A DNA stretch of 60,463 bases from a virus (Duplodnaviria > Caudoviricetes), in the IMG/VR virus record IMGVR_UViG_3300031861_000003, positions 1 through 60,463 of that record. One strand, written 5' to 3'. The translations under genes and the position numbers were made by a program. Under the pieces are notes generated by a model. The model searched no databases and had not been told where the DNA came from. It was given only the letters and a program-made list of their open reading frames with translations. Of this stretch, positions 8,721-18,558 are shown in pieces. How positions within the stretch are numbered: the first letter of the stretch is position 1; the number at the start of each line of letters is the position of its first letter.

Positions 8721-9371
8721 CTAGTCCTTTGCTTCATTTGCCTTTACTTTCGAAGAGATTGAGTGCATAAGATCCACATAATTCTTCAATAGTCCTTCTC
8801 TTTTTTCTTCATCGTCCTCGTCGCTCCATGCCCAAGCATAAGTTCCAGACGCCTGTTTAATTTTGTTTTGAACTGTTGAAGCTTCTTCCTGGAGAAGTTT
8901 AAGTTGGCTATCTCGTAAGGGTGGAAGGCTTATTTCTAACTCTAATGCAATTTGGCTTAATTGATAAAAGTTTCCTGCTTTAGCTTCTTTCTGGGCTTTG
9001 ATGAATAATTCTGTCTTTTCTTTCTGCTCTTCTTCAGATAGTCTGAGAAGTTTGTCGGGATGACACATGAGGGCGATCAGCTTAAAAAGCTTTTTTAGGT
9101 CTCTGTCTTTAATCTCGACAATTTCTGATTCGAGTATTTCTAATGAGTCCGATGTCTTTGGGTTTTGAGGTTTCGGTGCTGCTCCTGCGAATAAATCAAT
9201 CTCGCGCTCTTCGCAGTATGCGGTAAGCGCTTCCTGGAATGATACAGAGGCGCCTTCTAATTCTTCCTCGTGAAAATCTAGCTCAGAATATAGATACTGA
9301 AGTTCTAGTATCAGGTTCTTGTATTTGCGCTGCAAGCGCCTCATCTTGCGTATGCCTTTGCCGGCGGACAT
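8721..9371 (-). CDS. J-domain (DnaJ-like, HPD motif) co-chaperone
   Basis: LKKLFKLIALMCHPDK followed by helix III (KTELFIKAQ); coiled coils on both sides. Confidence 0.75.
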   Translation of the reverse strand: MSAGKGIRKMRRLQRKYKNLILELQYLYSELDFHEEELEGASVSFQEALTAYCEEREIDLFAGAAPKPQNPKTSDSLEILESEIVEIKDRDLKKLFKLIALMCHPDKLLRLSEEEQKEKTELFIKAQKEAKAGNFYQLSQIALELEISLPPLRDSQLKLLQEEASTVQNKIKQASGTYAWAWSDEDDEEKREGLLKNYVDLMHSISSKVKANEAKD

Positions 9372-9372
9372 T

Positions 9373-10329
9373 TTAGTAGTCCATTCTTACGCGAAGGGTC
9401 AGGGCATTGGAATCTGTTTTCTTAATTGGCTCTGAGAGTTTTGCGACAGCTAGAAGCTCATTGTCTGCTGAATAAAGGCCGATTGTTGTGATGTAGGAAA
9501 CAGGTTGGTCAGATGAAATGTTCTTGACTGTTACCCTGCTATCACTTACATATGTTGGATTAGATGAGTAATTGAACTCATTTGGGTTGAGGCGACAGAA
9601 GTAAATTGTAGAGTTAAGCTCTGTTGTGTTGTTAAAGCTATTATCGGTCCATTCACTTCGAACTGAATCTGCGGCGCCAGAGATGGAAAGTGAGCCCGTA
9701 AAATCAAGGTATTCACTAAATGTATCTGCTGAAGATGTGAGCACTGCTATACCCGCTTGATAATAGATGTGACCAACAACACTTCCTCCGCCATCTGATG
9801 CAGTGTAAAGTAGACCATATTCACCAGCGGGTGAGTTGATTTTGTAAGAGTTCTGGGCGCCTGCATCATATAGTGTATTGGTTGTTAATTCTAAAGTATA
9901 AGAACCTTTCTTTACTTCATCCTTAGTTAGCAACCTGGAATAGTTTAGGAAAACACATTCGTTCATTGTGTCTCCGCCTGCTGCATAATTGCCGTCTAGA
10001 TCAAACTTTCTAATGCTGCTGGTTACATCGTAGCCTGCTAGAACTTGTGCCATTTGATTATAAATGTTTCTCTTTTTGGCGTCTTGTGTGTTGGTTGCTC
10101 CTGTACTAGAAGTTACATAGCCATAAGTTATATCAAAGATGTGGTTTGAAGAAGCGCTTAAAACAGGGTAGTCGTAGACACTCTGAAACATACCGTGAGT
10201 ATAATTCTGAATGTTTTCATCATCATATGTTCCCGACACGATTGTCCCCGTTAGTGGGATTGCTTCGTTTAGCAAAGTCTTAGTTTGCGCCACGTCGTTG
10301 TTTGTTAAATTTTTAAATACTGTTGCCAT
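9373..10329 (-). CDS. Virion structural protein (tail/baseplate)
   Basis: EFNYSSNPTY ... TTIGLYSADNELLAVAKLSEPIKK..LRVRMDY. Confidence 0.7.
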   Translation of the reverse strand: MATVFKNLTNNDVAQTKTLLNEAIPLTGTIVSGTYDDENIQNYTHGMFQSVYDYPVLSASSNHIFDITYGYVTSSTGATNTQDAKKRNIYNQMAQVLAGYDVTSSIRKFDLDGNYAAGGDTMNECVFLNYSRLLTKDEVKKGSYTLELTTNTLYDAGAQNSYKINSPAGEYGLLYTASDGGGSVVGHIYYQAGIAVLTSSADTFSEYLDFTGSLSISGAADSVRSEWTDNSFNNTTELNSTIYFCRLNPNEFNYSSNPTYVSDSRVTVKNISSDQPVSYITTIGLYSADNELLAVAKLSEPIKKTDSNALTLRVRMDY

Positions 10330-10349
10330 TTTGTTTTACCTTTTATAAA

Positions 10350-11270
10350 TTAGCTTGCGTTCTTGTGGAGTCTTACAGGAATGTCGATTCTGTATCCAGT
10401 GGTTAAGCCGGTTACTCTTACTGTTGTATCAATGAAATAGTCAGTGGTGTCAGCGGTGTCTCCCAATAGTGTAAAGAAATAGTTTGTACTTACAATATCT
10501 TCTGTGGGCTGTAACCTAAACCTCAAAGTTGTTCCTCTTGGGCCGGCAATAACTTGCTGATCGGTGGTGCCCGTTCCGCTTTCCGCAATCGTTTCAGAAC
10601 TTGTGTTATTATCAACAAAGTTACTATCAGTTGCGAGAGTTACCGTATAATTTGCGATTTTGTCATCATCAATAAATGACTCTTGTGCTGGAGACGGAGT
10701 GCCGATTCCTGGAATTAGCTGGATTAATCTAGAATCTAATTCTACCATATATTTTGTTTCTTGTAAATCAGATGATAAGTCTCTGGTTGGGCTAATTTCG
10801 TCTGTGTCTAAACCCTGGTCTAGCCTGATTGGTGTGAAGTTCGCCAGGTCATAACCCGAAAGATAGCTTTTGGCTGAAGCGGGGGTACCTGGGCCAGATG
10901 GGAGTACATTTGTTACTTTAATATTAAATATATTATTTGATCCCATTACGGCTGAAGTAGATGCTGACTCATTCAACTCTATAACCGGTAGATATAATAG
11001 GTTAGAGTTTGGAATACTAATAATCTTAGAATTCATCGTTGAGGTGTTATTTGTGAAAGCCTCCAAAACTGGGGTTTGTAGAATCTCCAAATCGTAATAT
11101 GCTGACCCACTGGCATGATTCTTATCATACAAGTTGTAGTCGATCTCGTCATCGCCAAGTGCGAATTTCTGAATCTTGAAAGAACCGTCGCCCTTTGCTA
11201 AACGCATTCTGCCGGTGTCTGTTAATACGGCATCTAGTATGATGTCGCCTGAATTATCTAAAAAGCCCAT
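10350..11270 (-). CDS. Virion structural protein (baseplate/tail-fibre attachment-like)
   Basis: N-terminal ILDAVLTDTGRMRLA..FKIQKFALGDDEIDY, resembling tail-collar fibre N-termini; paralogous start to 17464..18558. Confidence 0.7.
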   Translation of the reverse strand: MGFLDNSGDIILDAVLTDTGRMRLAKGDGSFKIQKFALGDDEIDYNLYDKNHASGSAYYDLEILQTPVLEAFTNNTSTMNSKIISIPNSNLLYLPVIELNESASTSAVMGSNNIFNIKVTNVLPSGPGTPASAKSYLSGYDLANFTPIRLDQGLDTDEISPTRDLSSDLQETKYMVELDSRLIQLIPGIGTPSPAQESFIDDDKIANYTVTLATDSNFVDNNTSSETIAESGTGTTDQQVIAGPRGTTLRFRLQPTEDIVSTNYFFTLLGDTADTTDYFIDTTVRVTGLTTGYRIDIPVRLHKNAS

Positions 11271-11287
11271 TTATAACTCTCCTAATG

Positions 11288-11311
11288 TAAATAGTATTAT
11301 CAGTAAATAGT
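11288..11311 (-). promoter_or_regulatory. Tandem pair of putative late promoters ACTATTTA
   Basis: Two copies (11288-11295, 11304-11311) just upstream of an AGGAG RBS. Confidence 0.7.
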
Positions 11312-11324
11312 TCTATTGTTGTTT

Positions 11325-13790
11325 TCATTTCTTCTCTTTTAGTATAAATCCAACATTAAAGTCTATTTGTTTGCCCGATCTCTTCGAAGTAAGCCTTATT
11401 TTGAATCTCGAAGGCTTATCTTCTGAACTGAAGAGGCTTTCGCCTCCGGTAGTTCCAAGAGTTGGTGCCGAATCAAAGTCCGTGCTATCATAGTTAACGG
11501 CGGACTGTGCGAAGGTTGGTACAACTCTAAATAGTTTTTTCATACTCTTTGTTGCTACTTTCGGTGATTTAATGTTGAAATCATAAATTTTTAGTTCTGG
11601 ATAAACTGCTCCATCTGCATCTATTAAAATATATTCGAATACCGCAGAAGGGTTTGAGATTTTGTTATGATAATCAACTGAACGAAATGTATAATAGTAT
11701 TTCTTATTTGGTTCTATATTATCTATAATCTCGGCTGATGAATAGTCTTGGCTTGACAGTGTATACAACAGTTTGTTTGCGAAGCTGTTGTAGTTTTGTG
11801 GAGGCTCCTCCATTCTATAAACCTCAAATGATTTTGTTCCTTCATCAGATGAAAACCTGATTTCTCCTGTTGGTCTAGCTTGTGCTATTCTTATTTGATT
11901 TATTAAATCTCTTTCTGAATCATCAAAGGTTATTGGAATTAGGTTGTATTCTCCGACTGCGGAGTCAAGGGATAATAATACTTTGTTGTTGACTCCTCTG
12001 TAGGGAATGAAATTAACTTCTGGTGCCACTGGAGGATCATCTATTATTTTGCCTCCGAATGTTAATTGGTCGATTTCTATTAGGCGAACATCTGGTTCTA
12101 GCGAATATGTCATCAGTGCTTTAAATGGACCCACTGATTCTCCGCTGTCCGTTAACTCTATTGATTTGTATTTTGTTCCGATGGCCATTTTATATGTTGT
12201 TAGTTTATATGTGTAATCTGTGTTAAATTTAACTTGTGTATCAAAAAATCTTATTACATCGATTTCATTTGAATTGGAGAACCAAAAGTTCTGTAGCTCT
12301 TCTCCATCAGCAGACGTTCCTGCAAATTTGCTTATTTTATAAATAACGTCTTCTGAATATGTTGCTTTTTTAGCCTCGAAAATATCGCACATGTTTGATA
12401 TAAAGCGATCTTTGATTATTTGTTTTAATCCACCTGCAAAAGCAATCCAAGAAATTATCTTTGCAAATTTGTTTGTAACATTATTGATATCATTCTCAGA
12501 AGCATTTTCTTCAGTCTTATATCCCACAAAGAACTGATCTTCGAGATTAATGTGGCTTTCGGTTGAAGATCCAAACCAATCTTTCTCCCACCATTCAGAA
12601 ATACTTATTGTTCTTTTCGGGGATGTTGTTTCTTGAATTGAGTTCTCATCTAACTCCAAAGATGTCTCTCTTTTTATTATAATATTTATTTCCGTTGTAT
12701 CAGAAGAGAAACCATCTTGGGCGTAATTTATTAATGCGGATCCTAGTTTTGCATTTTGTAGAGATTGTGCGAACTGAGTTGAGCTATCTGTATTAAATTC
12801 TATATTTGTTGACATTGGAAAAGAATAGTGTTCTATCATGCCCTCTTCCATTATATCTCTACTGCTAGCTGGAAATATGACGTTTTTCATGTGGTTTGTT
12901 AGTTGGCTTCTTTGGGTGGGGGTTAGTGTTGATAGTCTTTCAAAATAAGTCTCGAAAACATCATTTGCTGTTTTTTCATTTTTTGAGGGGCTGACAGAAA
13001 ATCCAAGTTTATTATAAATTTCGTTTAACCAATTGGAAATTTCAATTCCGGAGTCATTCGCGAGGGTTGTGAGTATTAATCCATACTGGTTTGGTAATGT
13101 GCTGTCGGGAACAGCGTTAATTCCCTCTTCATATTTCTTGGATAGAAAGTTATAATCGAATAGCGCTTTGAGGTAAAAAGAAGAGTAGTCCAAATTTGAT
13201 TTTGCTTTATTTGTGAGTAATTCTACGTTGTCAATATCAATATTAAAGTAATACTGTTCTGAGTTATTGTTTTCAAAAGTATATTTTCCGAGATCTCCAA
13301 AAGAAAACTCATAACCAGTGTCAGATGCAACTTTCTCATAAAATTGTATTTTTGTTGGAGTTCCCGATGTTAAATTGTTTTCAGTATAACTAACTGTTTG
13401 GGTTGCCTTAAAAAATGGCATTTTGTCGATAATTTCTATTTCTGGTTCATCACAGCTTTTATTATATTTAATACTTGGTGGGCCGGTATAGAACGGCACA
13501 GTGGCAATATTTTCTTCTGTATCTGGAAGACTTATCGCTTCAGAAGTATCTGTACTAGCTTCTGGTACAGTGTCGATATCAGACGATACAACATTTGTTA
13601 ATTTATGAACGTGATCTAAATAAGAACCCTCTTCCATTGCATATAATTCTATGGTATGAGAATGCCCCTGTACAAAACTAGTTGTTCCGTTACCAGCGCT
13701 ATCTAGCGAATAAGTGTGTCTGTGTAGAGTTCCGCCTGATATACTGTCTTCTTCCGTCCAATATAAAATTGTTGTGCTTTTTTTTGCCAT
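11325..13790 (-). CDS. Virion structural protein with N-terminal HxH repeats and Ig/FN3-like C-terminal part
   Basis: HRH, HSH and HVH in the first 65 aa; IEPNKKYYYTFRSVD FN3-like strand pattern; structural gene context. Confidence 0.6.
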   Translation of the reverse strand: MAKKSTTILYWTEEDSISGGTLHRHTYSLDSAGNGTTSFVQGHSHTIELYAMEEGSYLDHVHKLTNVVSSDIDTVPEASTDTSEAISLPDTEENIATVPFYTGPPSIKYNKSCDEPEIEIIDKMPFFKATQTVSYTENNLTSGTPTKIQFYEKVASDTGYEFSFGDLGKYTFENNNSEQYYFNIDIDNVELLTNKAKSNLDYSSFYLKALFDYNFLSKKYEEGINAVPDSTLPNQYGLILTTLANDSGIEISNWLNEIYNKLGFSVSPSKNEKTANDVFETYFERLSTLTPTQRSQLTNHMKNVIFPASSRDIMEEGMIEHYSFPMSTNIEFNTDSSTQFAQSLQNAKLGSALINYAQDGFSSDTTEINIIIKRETSLELDENSIQETTSPKRTISISEWWEKDWFGSSTESHINLEDQFFVGYKTEENASENDINNVTNKFAKIISWIAFAGGLKQIIKDRFISNMCDIFEAKKATYSEDVIYKISKFAGTSADGEELQNFWFSNSNEIDVIRFFDTQVKFNTDYTYKLTTYKMAIGTKYKSIELTDSGESVGPFKALMTYSLEPDVRLIEIDQLTFGGKIIDDPPVAPEVNFIPYRGVNNKVLLSLDSAVGEYNLIPITFDDSERDLINQIRIAQARPTGEIRFSSDEGTKSFEVYRMEEPPQNYNSFANKLLYTLSSQDYSSAEIIDNIEPNKKYYYTFRSVDYHNKISNPSAVFEYILIDADGAVYPELKIYDFNIKSPKVATKSMKKLFRVVPTFAQSAVNYDSTDFDSAPTLGTTGGESLFSSEDKPSRFKIRLTSKRSGKQIDFNVGFILKEKK

Positions 13791-13791
13791 C

Positions 13792-16700
13792 TTAGAATCC
13801 CACCATGGTCATAACTGGTGTTATGCTTATTGTTGTCATTATGTTTGTTTCGGATAATACTTCGTTAGTAAGTACTGTTTCTGTTATTATATTTTCTTGA
13901 ATTCCCGGTAAAGTGGCCGGCTGTATTGGGCCTGGGGCCTGGGCAAGAATTACTTCAGCAGTTACAACTTCAATATCCGGCTGCGCCAGTGTTGTCCCGA
14001 CTACAGCGCTTATCGGGGTAGAAGTGCTAACAGGAAGACTAGTAGTTGTGGGTATCACTGTTATTTCTTCTTCTGTCTTGGTTAACAAAAAATATTGATT
14101 GTACAGGGGAAGATTATCGTCGTCTAGCCCGATACCCAAAGTTGAATTTGAATATTTGGAGATTCTGCATAGTATAGCGTCACCGATATCTAGTCTACTA
14201 TCTAAAAAACTAAAACCCATTGTTTTCCAGGTTGGCTTTCCAAAAATAGATACGATAGAGTTACTAAACCCGCTTAAATATTCTATTTTACATAGAGTTC
14301 CATAACTATATCGAAATACCTGGCTATATCTAAAATCATTAATAACATCAATTCCTTCTGATTTCCAGCTTTTTCTTAGAGATTCTGAGGAAGTCATCCC
14401 TGACATGTCTGAAATGAGACTTTTTATTTGATTAGGGACCAGCTTCGAAGCTGCTTGTTCTGGAGTCTCTGCCAATCCTGTACCCAATATTGCAGATACT
14501 GGTCCTGCTGTTGCTTCTTGAATTAGCTTATTTATAACATTTTGGTCATTTTCAACAATATTATAACTCTCTACGCTTAAATTGTCTTCATTGTCTTTTC
14601 TTCTTTCTTTCACAAAAATACTGGAGATTGCTTGATAAATTAATTCAATGTTTTTAACTTTGTGCGTTTCACTTTTAAACTGCTCATCTGTTAGAATATC
14701 TATGTTTGCCTCTTGTCTTAGCATTTCATCATCTGTGAGTTGCCCGCTTTCTTCGAACATCTTTTCAGATGATAAGGTATTGTTCGTGTCGATTTTTCTT
14801 TTATTGTCTCTGATATCAACGCCAAGGGTGTTTAAGAAATTATCGTAGATTGTTATTCTTTTTGTTGGTTCTCCGGGGCCTTCAAACTCTAGTATATTAT
14901 TTTTTGCTGTTGAGGTACCCATCTCTAATTCAGAAGAAACTCCAACTAAACTAAAAGTATCTGGGTTGAATATTTGACTTCCACCTGGAGTTCTGACAAC
15001 ATGATCTCTCTTGTTTTTATTTAAAATGATTCTTGATGGACTAAAGTAAATATATTTGTTTTGTTCTAAATCTGTGAGAAAAGGCTTATCTTCTGAAGAG
15101 AAGCTGAAAGATGGTTCCGCACTTGTCCAATATGTTAATACTTCATCTTTTGCTCGCTTCATAAAATCAGATACAGTATGCGCTTGGATTCCTTTATCAT
15201 TTTTATCTGATAAGTTAAGAAAATTATAACCGGAACTTGTTTTATCAACATCGATTATCGTCTTAAAAGCTTTTTTAGCTTTCATATTTAAAGAGTCTCC
15301 ACGATTGCTAGAGCTTGCGGATCTTTGAGTAAAGTTTTGTTCGTCATCTGTCTGTAGACGAGTACCCAACACATCTTCTATTTCATCGATGAGGTTGTTT
15401 AAAACTTCTAAATATTCAGATACAGCATTTAAATTTCCTGTTGAGGGTTTAATAGAGGATAAAATAGAAGTTGCGGCGCTGATCATACTATCCTTACCAG
15501 ACTCTGGGTTTATTGCCAGGAGAGTACTTAAATATAAAAGGACTGCTTCGTTCCATGGTCTTTGAAAGGGAGGCTTATCATTATAGTAATCCGCCAACTT
15601 TTGTGTAAATTGAAGGGTTTTCTTATTGTAGAAGCCCGTGGTGCCTCCGATTGTTGAAGCTGTATCATAATATTCTTTTGCAACCTCTTTTGCCTTTTTG
15701 AGTTGTTTCAGGGCGTTATTTAAATAATCTATAGTTCCGTCGTGTATTGTTACTTCAATCGTGTATCTATATTTTCCGTAAGATAATCCTCTGGTGCTTT
15801 TGTCTCGGAAAGTATAAAATCTGATACCACTACTCTGTATTGCTGGGCTTGTGTTTCCCAATAACTTAAAGTTTGATCCTGATATTTGTTTTAGATTATC
15901 TAGGCTTTCGTCGGAGGATTGTAGAACTCCCTCAACTTCGCCGGCTAAAGCAATCGTCGTGGGCAAACTTAGATTTGGTTCGTAAGTTGCAATTTCTACA
16001 TTTTTGGAGCCAAGTTGGTTTAGGCTGTTTAACTCTTCAACTCTTTCTCTGGTTATTTTAATTTCTTTTATTTTGCATAATCCATAAATTTCATTAACTT
16101 TTGAGTCCGGGAGGCCCATGTTCACGAGTCCTCCGAATAGTGCGTTCTTAGTGACAATGCCTCGAAAATCTACGAAGAAAGAGCCGTTCACTTCTCGGTC
16201 TTCTTGCATTGCGATATAACATTCGGATACATACTTTTCTGGAATTTGAACAAATATGTCTTGTGGTTTTAATCTGCTGTTCCTTATTGCTCCTCGAACG
16301 GAAAAGGTGTTTGCCTCATCCACAGCTTCCCTGCTTTGCATGGCGTACTCTAGATCAGGGGATTGCCAGTAAGAGCTTATGTTGTTAGGAAGTGGTGATT
16401 TTGAGACATATCTCTTATCAACGATCTTTTCTGTTGAGTTTAGGGTGCCATCCGAAATAATGTTATATGCTGAAGCATCTCCCTTAATATTAGAAAAAAC
16501 TCCGGTTTGCTCTGGTTCTAAGCTTATTCCGTAAGATGCTGCTATCGAGTCCAGATCTAGATATACGAATACAAAGTAAGATAAGTGCTCAAGTGAATCA
16601 CCTAATTTATCTATGTCGATAGTATGAACTAATGTTTTTTGTATATTAACAAATCTGTTTCTTTCATTTGAATTATTAATAAAATAATCCGAGATGTCTT

Positions 16701-17421
16701 CGCCGTCATCGATTAGGGTTCTCGGGAATAGATCTTCGTCATCGGTGTCGGTGTCGTATGAATTTATTTCAGTTATATCATCCGTATGTGCATCTGCCAA
16801 AATATCAATCTGTTCCAAGATATTTAGATATTGCCCAGCAGATGTTTGGTTTATTGTCTTTTGATTAGTTGCTGAAACTGTGCGATGAGGGACAGTGGGA
16901 GATAAGATATCTTTTATTTTGTCTAAATTAGTATTAATTCCCAGAAGCTCTGGAGATGATAGTTGATAAAACTCATTACCTGCTAAGAATTCCTCTAGCT
17001 GAACAATCTGCTCGCTGATAATAGTTTGGTTGTATGAAGTCACATTATTTGTTTTATCTCTTAAAATTACCTTTCTTATGTTCGAGGTCCAACTTTTTAT
17101 TACAGACAAAAAGGACAATTCTTGTGTTTCCGTTTCTGACTTTGAACAAACAAACTGAACTCTCATATTATTTACTACATCGGAATTATAGAACCAAGTT
17201 GTTTCGCCATCTGCATTAATGTAATCTTTTATTACATAATCTATTTCTACCTGCAAGACTCCACTGCTTAAATCTGTATTTGTCTTATCTTGTATTAATG
17301 CGCCAGTTCCTGGTAGGGAGGCGCCATATTCTGTTAATTTGTCTACTCTGATTTGTTTGAAATAGACATTTGGCAAAAATTCACCAACTTGTTCGTTAAT
17401 TTTATCAGATACTTCAGACAT
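13792..17421 (-). CDS. Large virion structural protein
   Basis: 1209 aa in the tail block; Pro/Thr-rich C-terminal tail; ACTATTTA at 17442-17449. Confidence 0.55.
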   Translation of the reverse strand: MSEVSDKINEQVGEFLPNVYFKQIRVDKLTEYGASLPGTGALIQDKTNTDLSSGVLQVEIDYVIKDYINADGETTWFYNSDVVNNMRVQFVCSKSETETQELSFLSVIKSWTSNIRKVILRDKTNNVTSYNQTIISEQIVQLEEFLAGNEFYQLSSPELLGINTNLDKIKDILSPTVPHRTVSATNQKTINQTSAGQYLNILEQIDILADAHTDDITEINSYDTDTDDEDLFPRTLIDDGEDISDYFINNSNERNRFVNIQKTLVHTIDIDKLGDSLEHLSYFVFVYLDLDSIAASYGISLEPEQTGVFSNIKGDASAYNIISDGTLNSTEKIVDKRYVSKSPLPNNISSYWQSPDLEYAMQSREAVDEANTFSVRGAIRNSRLKPQDIFVQIPEKYVSECYIAMQEDREVNGSFFVDFRGIVTKNALFGGLVNMGLPDSKVNEIYGLCKIKEIKITRERVEELNSLNQLGSKNVEIATYEPNLSLPTTIALAGEVEGVLQSSDESLDNLKQISGSNFKLLGNTSPAIQSSGIRFYTFRDKSTRGLSYGKYRYTIEVTIHDGTIDYLNNALKQLKKAKEVAKEYYDTASTIGGTTGFYNKKTLQFTQKLADYYNDKPPFQRPWNEAVLLYLSTLLAINPESGKDSMISAATSILSSIKPSTGNLNAVSEYLEVLNNLIDEIEDVLGTRLQTDDEQNFTQRSASSSNRGDSLNMKAKKAFKTIIDVDKTSSGYNFLNLSDKNDKGIQAHTVSDFMKRAKDEVLTYWTSAEPSFSFSSEDKPFLTDLEQNKYIYFSPSRIILNKNKRDHVVRTPGGSQIFNPDTFSLVGVSSELEMGTSTAKNNILEFEGPGEPTKRITIYDNFLNTLGVDIRDNKRKIDTNNTLSSEKMFEESGQLTDDEMLRQEANIDILTDEQFKSETHKVKNIELIYQAISSIFVKERRKDNEDNLSVESYNIVENDQNVINKLIQEATAGPVSAILGTGLAETPEQAASKLVPNQIKSLISDMSGMTSSESLRKSWKSEGIDVINDFRYSQVFRYSYGTLCKIEYLSGFSNSIVSIFGKPTWKTMGFSFLDSRLDIGDAILCRISKYSNSTLGIGLDDDNLPLYNQYFLLTKTEEEITVIPTTTSLPVSTSTPISAVVGTTLAQPDIEVVTAEVILAQAPGPIQPATLPGIQENIITETVLTNEVLSETNIMTTISITPVMTMVGF

Positions 17422-17441
17422 TAAAACCTTTTCCTTCTTTA

Positions 17442-17449
17442 TAAATAGT
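17442..17449 (-). promoter_or_regulatory. Putative late promoter ACTATTTA
   Basis: Intergenic, 21 nt upstream of the ATG at 17421. Confidence 0.65.
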
Positions 17450-17463
17450 GCTGCCCCTGAGTT

Positions 17464-18558
17464 TTATTTTCTAGTAATCTGCGCTTGAGGAGGCTTGTCT
17501 GGATCATCAGTAGAACAGATGTTTGCTTGAGCACTGTCTGCATAGATATCTAGTTTAACTGGTTTTGTTATGAACTCTTGACAATTGAAGGCTTCATCTT
17601 TCAAGAATCCTCGGGATTTAAGTTTTCCAACGCTTTCGCAAATAGTCTTTTCATCTATTTCTCCGTCCACAAGAATATCAAAATAGTATTCTACATAAGT
17701 GTCATCTACGCTGGTGTTTGCGAGTGGTTTTTCTTTCGGGATCTCCAAAACTCCTTGAGAATTTATATTATCTTCTTTCGTTTTAAAACTTAATGGCGTA
17801 AGTTCTTTTCTATCATCAGAATATTTAAAGACTTCAATATCGAAATTCTCTGTTTGGAAGTCGTTGTTTTCTTCTAGGACTTGTGCTAGGACAAATTCTG
17901 GTGTAATAATATAAAATTTTCCATCAGAAGTTAAACCTAAGTTTAATTCGTCGGCTTGTACTAGAGAACTATAATCGTTTCCCACTAAGTTAATATCTCC
18001 GGGAGATGGATTCTTTATATCTGATAATCTCCAATTATGAACTGCATTTATTTCTAGTTGTGGGATGTGTTGGTTTTGGTGGCCCATATTTAATACTTCG
18101 GAGGAACGGCTGATCTCCGTTTCTAACATAGCAATATCCCAGGAGGGAGACCTGTCATTATATACTTGTGTTGTTCCTAGTGGCTGAGTTAAAGAGAATA
18201 GCTTTTCCTCTGTTGGGGGAATCTGGATTCTATTCATCTCATTTGTATTGGGATCTCCTCGGTCTTTCACAAACGCTGCATGGGTTCCTAAATCAAATTG
18301 TTCATCATAAAATCTTTTAAAACTTGTTTCGAGGCCGCTAAAGACATGTTGCGTCATAATTTGTGGTGTGTTTTCTTGTATTCTCGGTTCTATATCGTTT
18401 TGTTCTTCCGAGCCATCCGCATATGTAATGTCGTATAAAATATTGTCGTCAAAGAACGCATAATAAACTGGCTTTAACTTTCCTACGGAGAGGAGGTGTT
18501 TTCCATATTGTGTAAGTTGTAAATCAATGACTTGTTCTTTCTTATTAAAAAATTGCAT
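17464..18558 (-). CDS. Virion structural protein (baseplate-like)
   Basis: IDLQLTQYGKHLLS..KPVYYAFFDDNILYD aligns by eye with the N-terminus of 10350..11270. Confidence 0.65.
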   Translation of the reverse strand: MQFFNKKEQVIDLQLTQYGKHLLSVGKLKPVYYAFFDDNILYDITYADGSEEQNDIEPRIQENTPQIMTQHVFSGLETSFKRFYDEQFDLGTHAAFVKDRGDPNTNEMNRIQIPPTEEKLFSLTQPLGTTQVYNDRSPSWDIAMLETEISRSSEVLNMGHQNQHIPQLEINAVHNWRLSDIKNPSPGDINLVGNDYSSLVQADELNLGLTSDGKFYIITPEFVLAQVLEENNDFQTENFDIEVFKYSDDRKELTPLSFKTKEDNINSQGVLEIPKEKPLANTSVDDTYVEYYFDILVDGEIDEKTICESVGKLKSRGFLKDEAFNCQEFITKPVKLDIYADSAQANICSTDDPDKPPQAQITRK

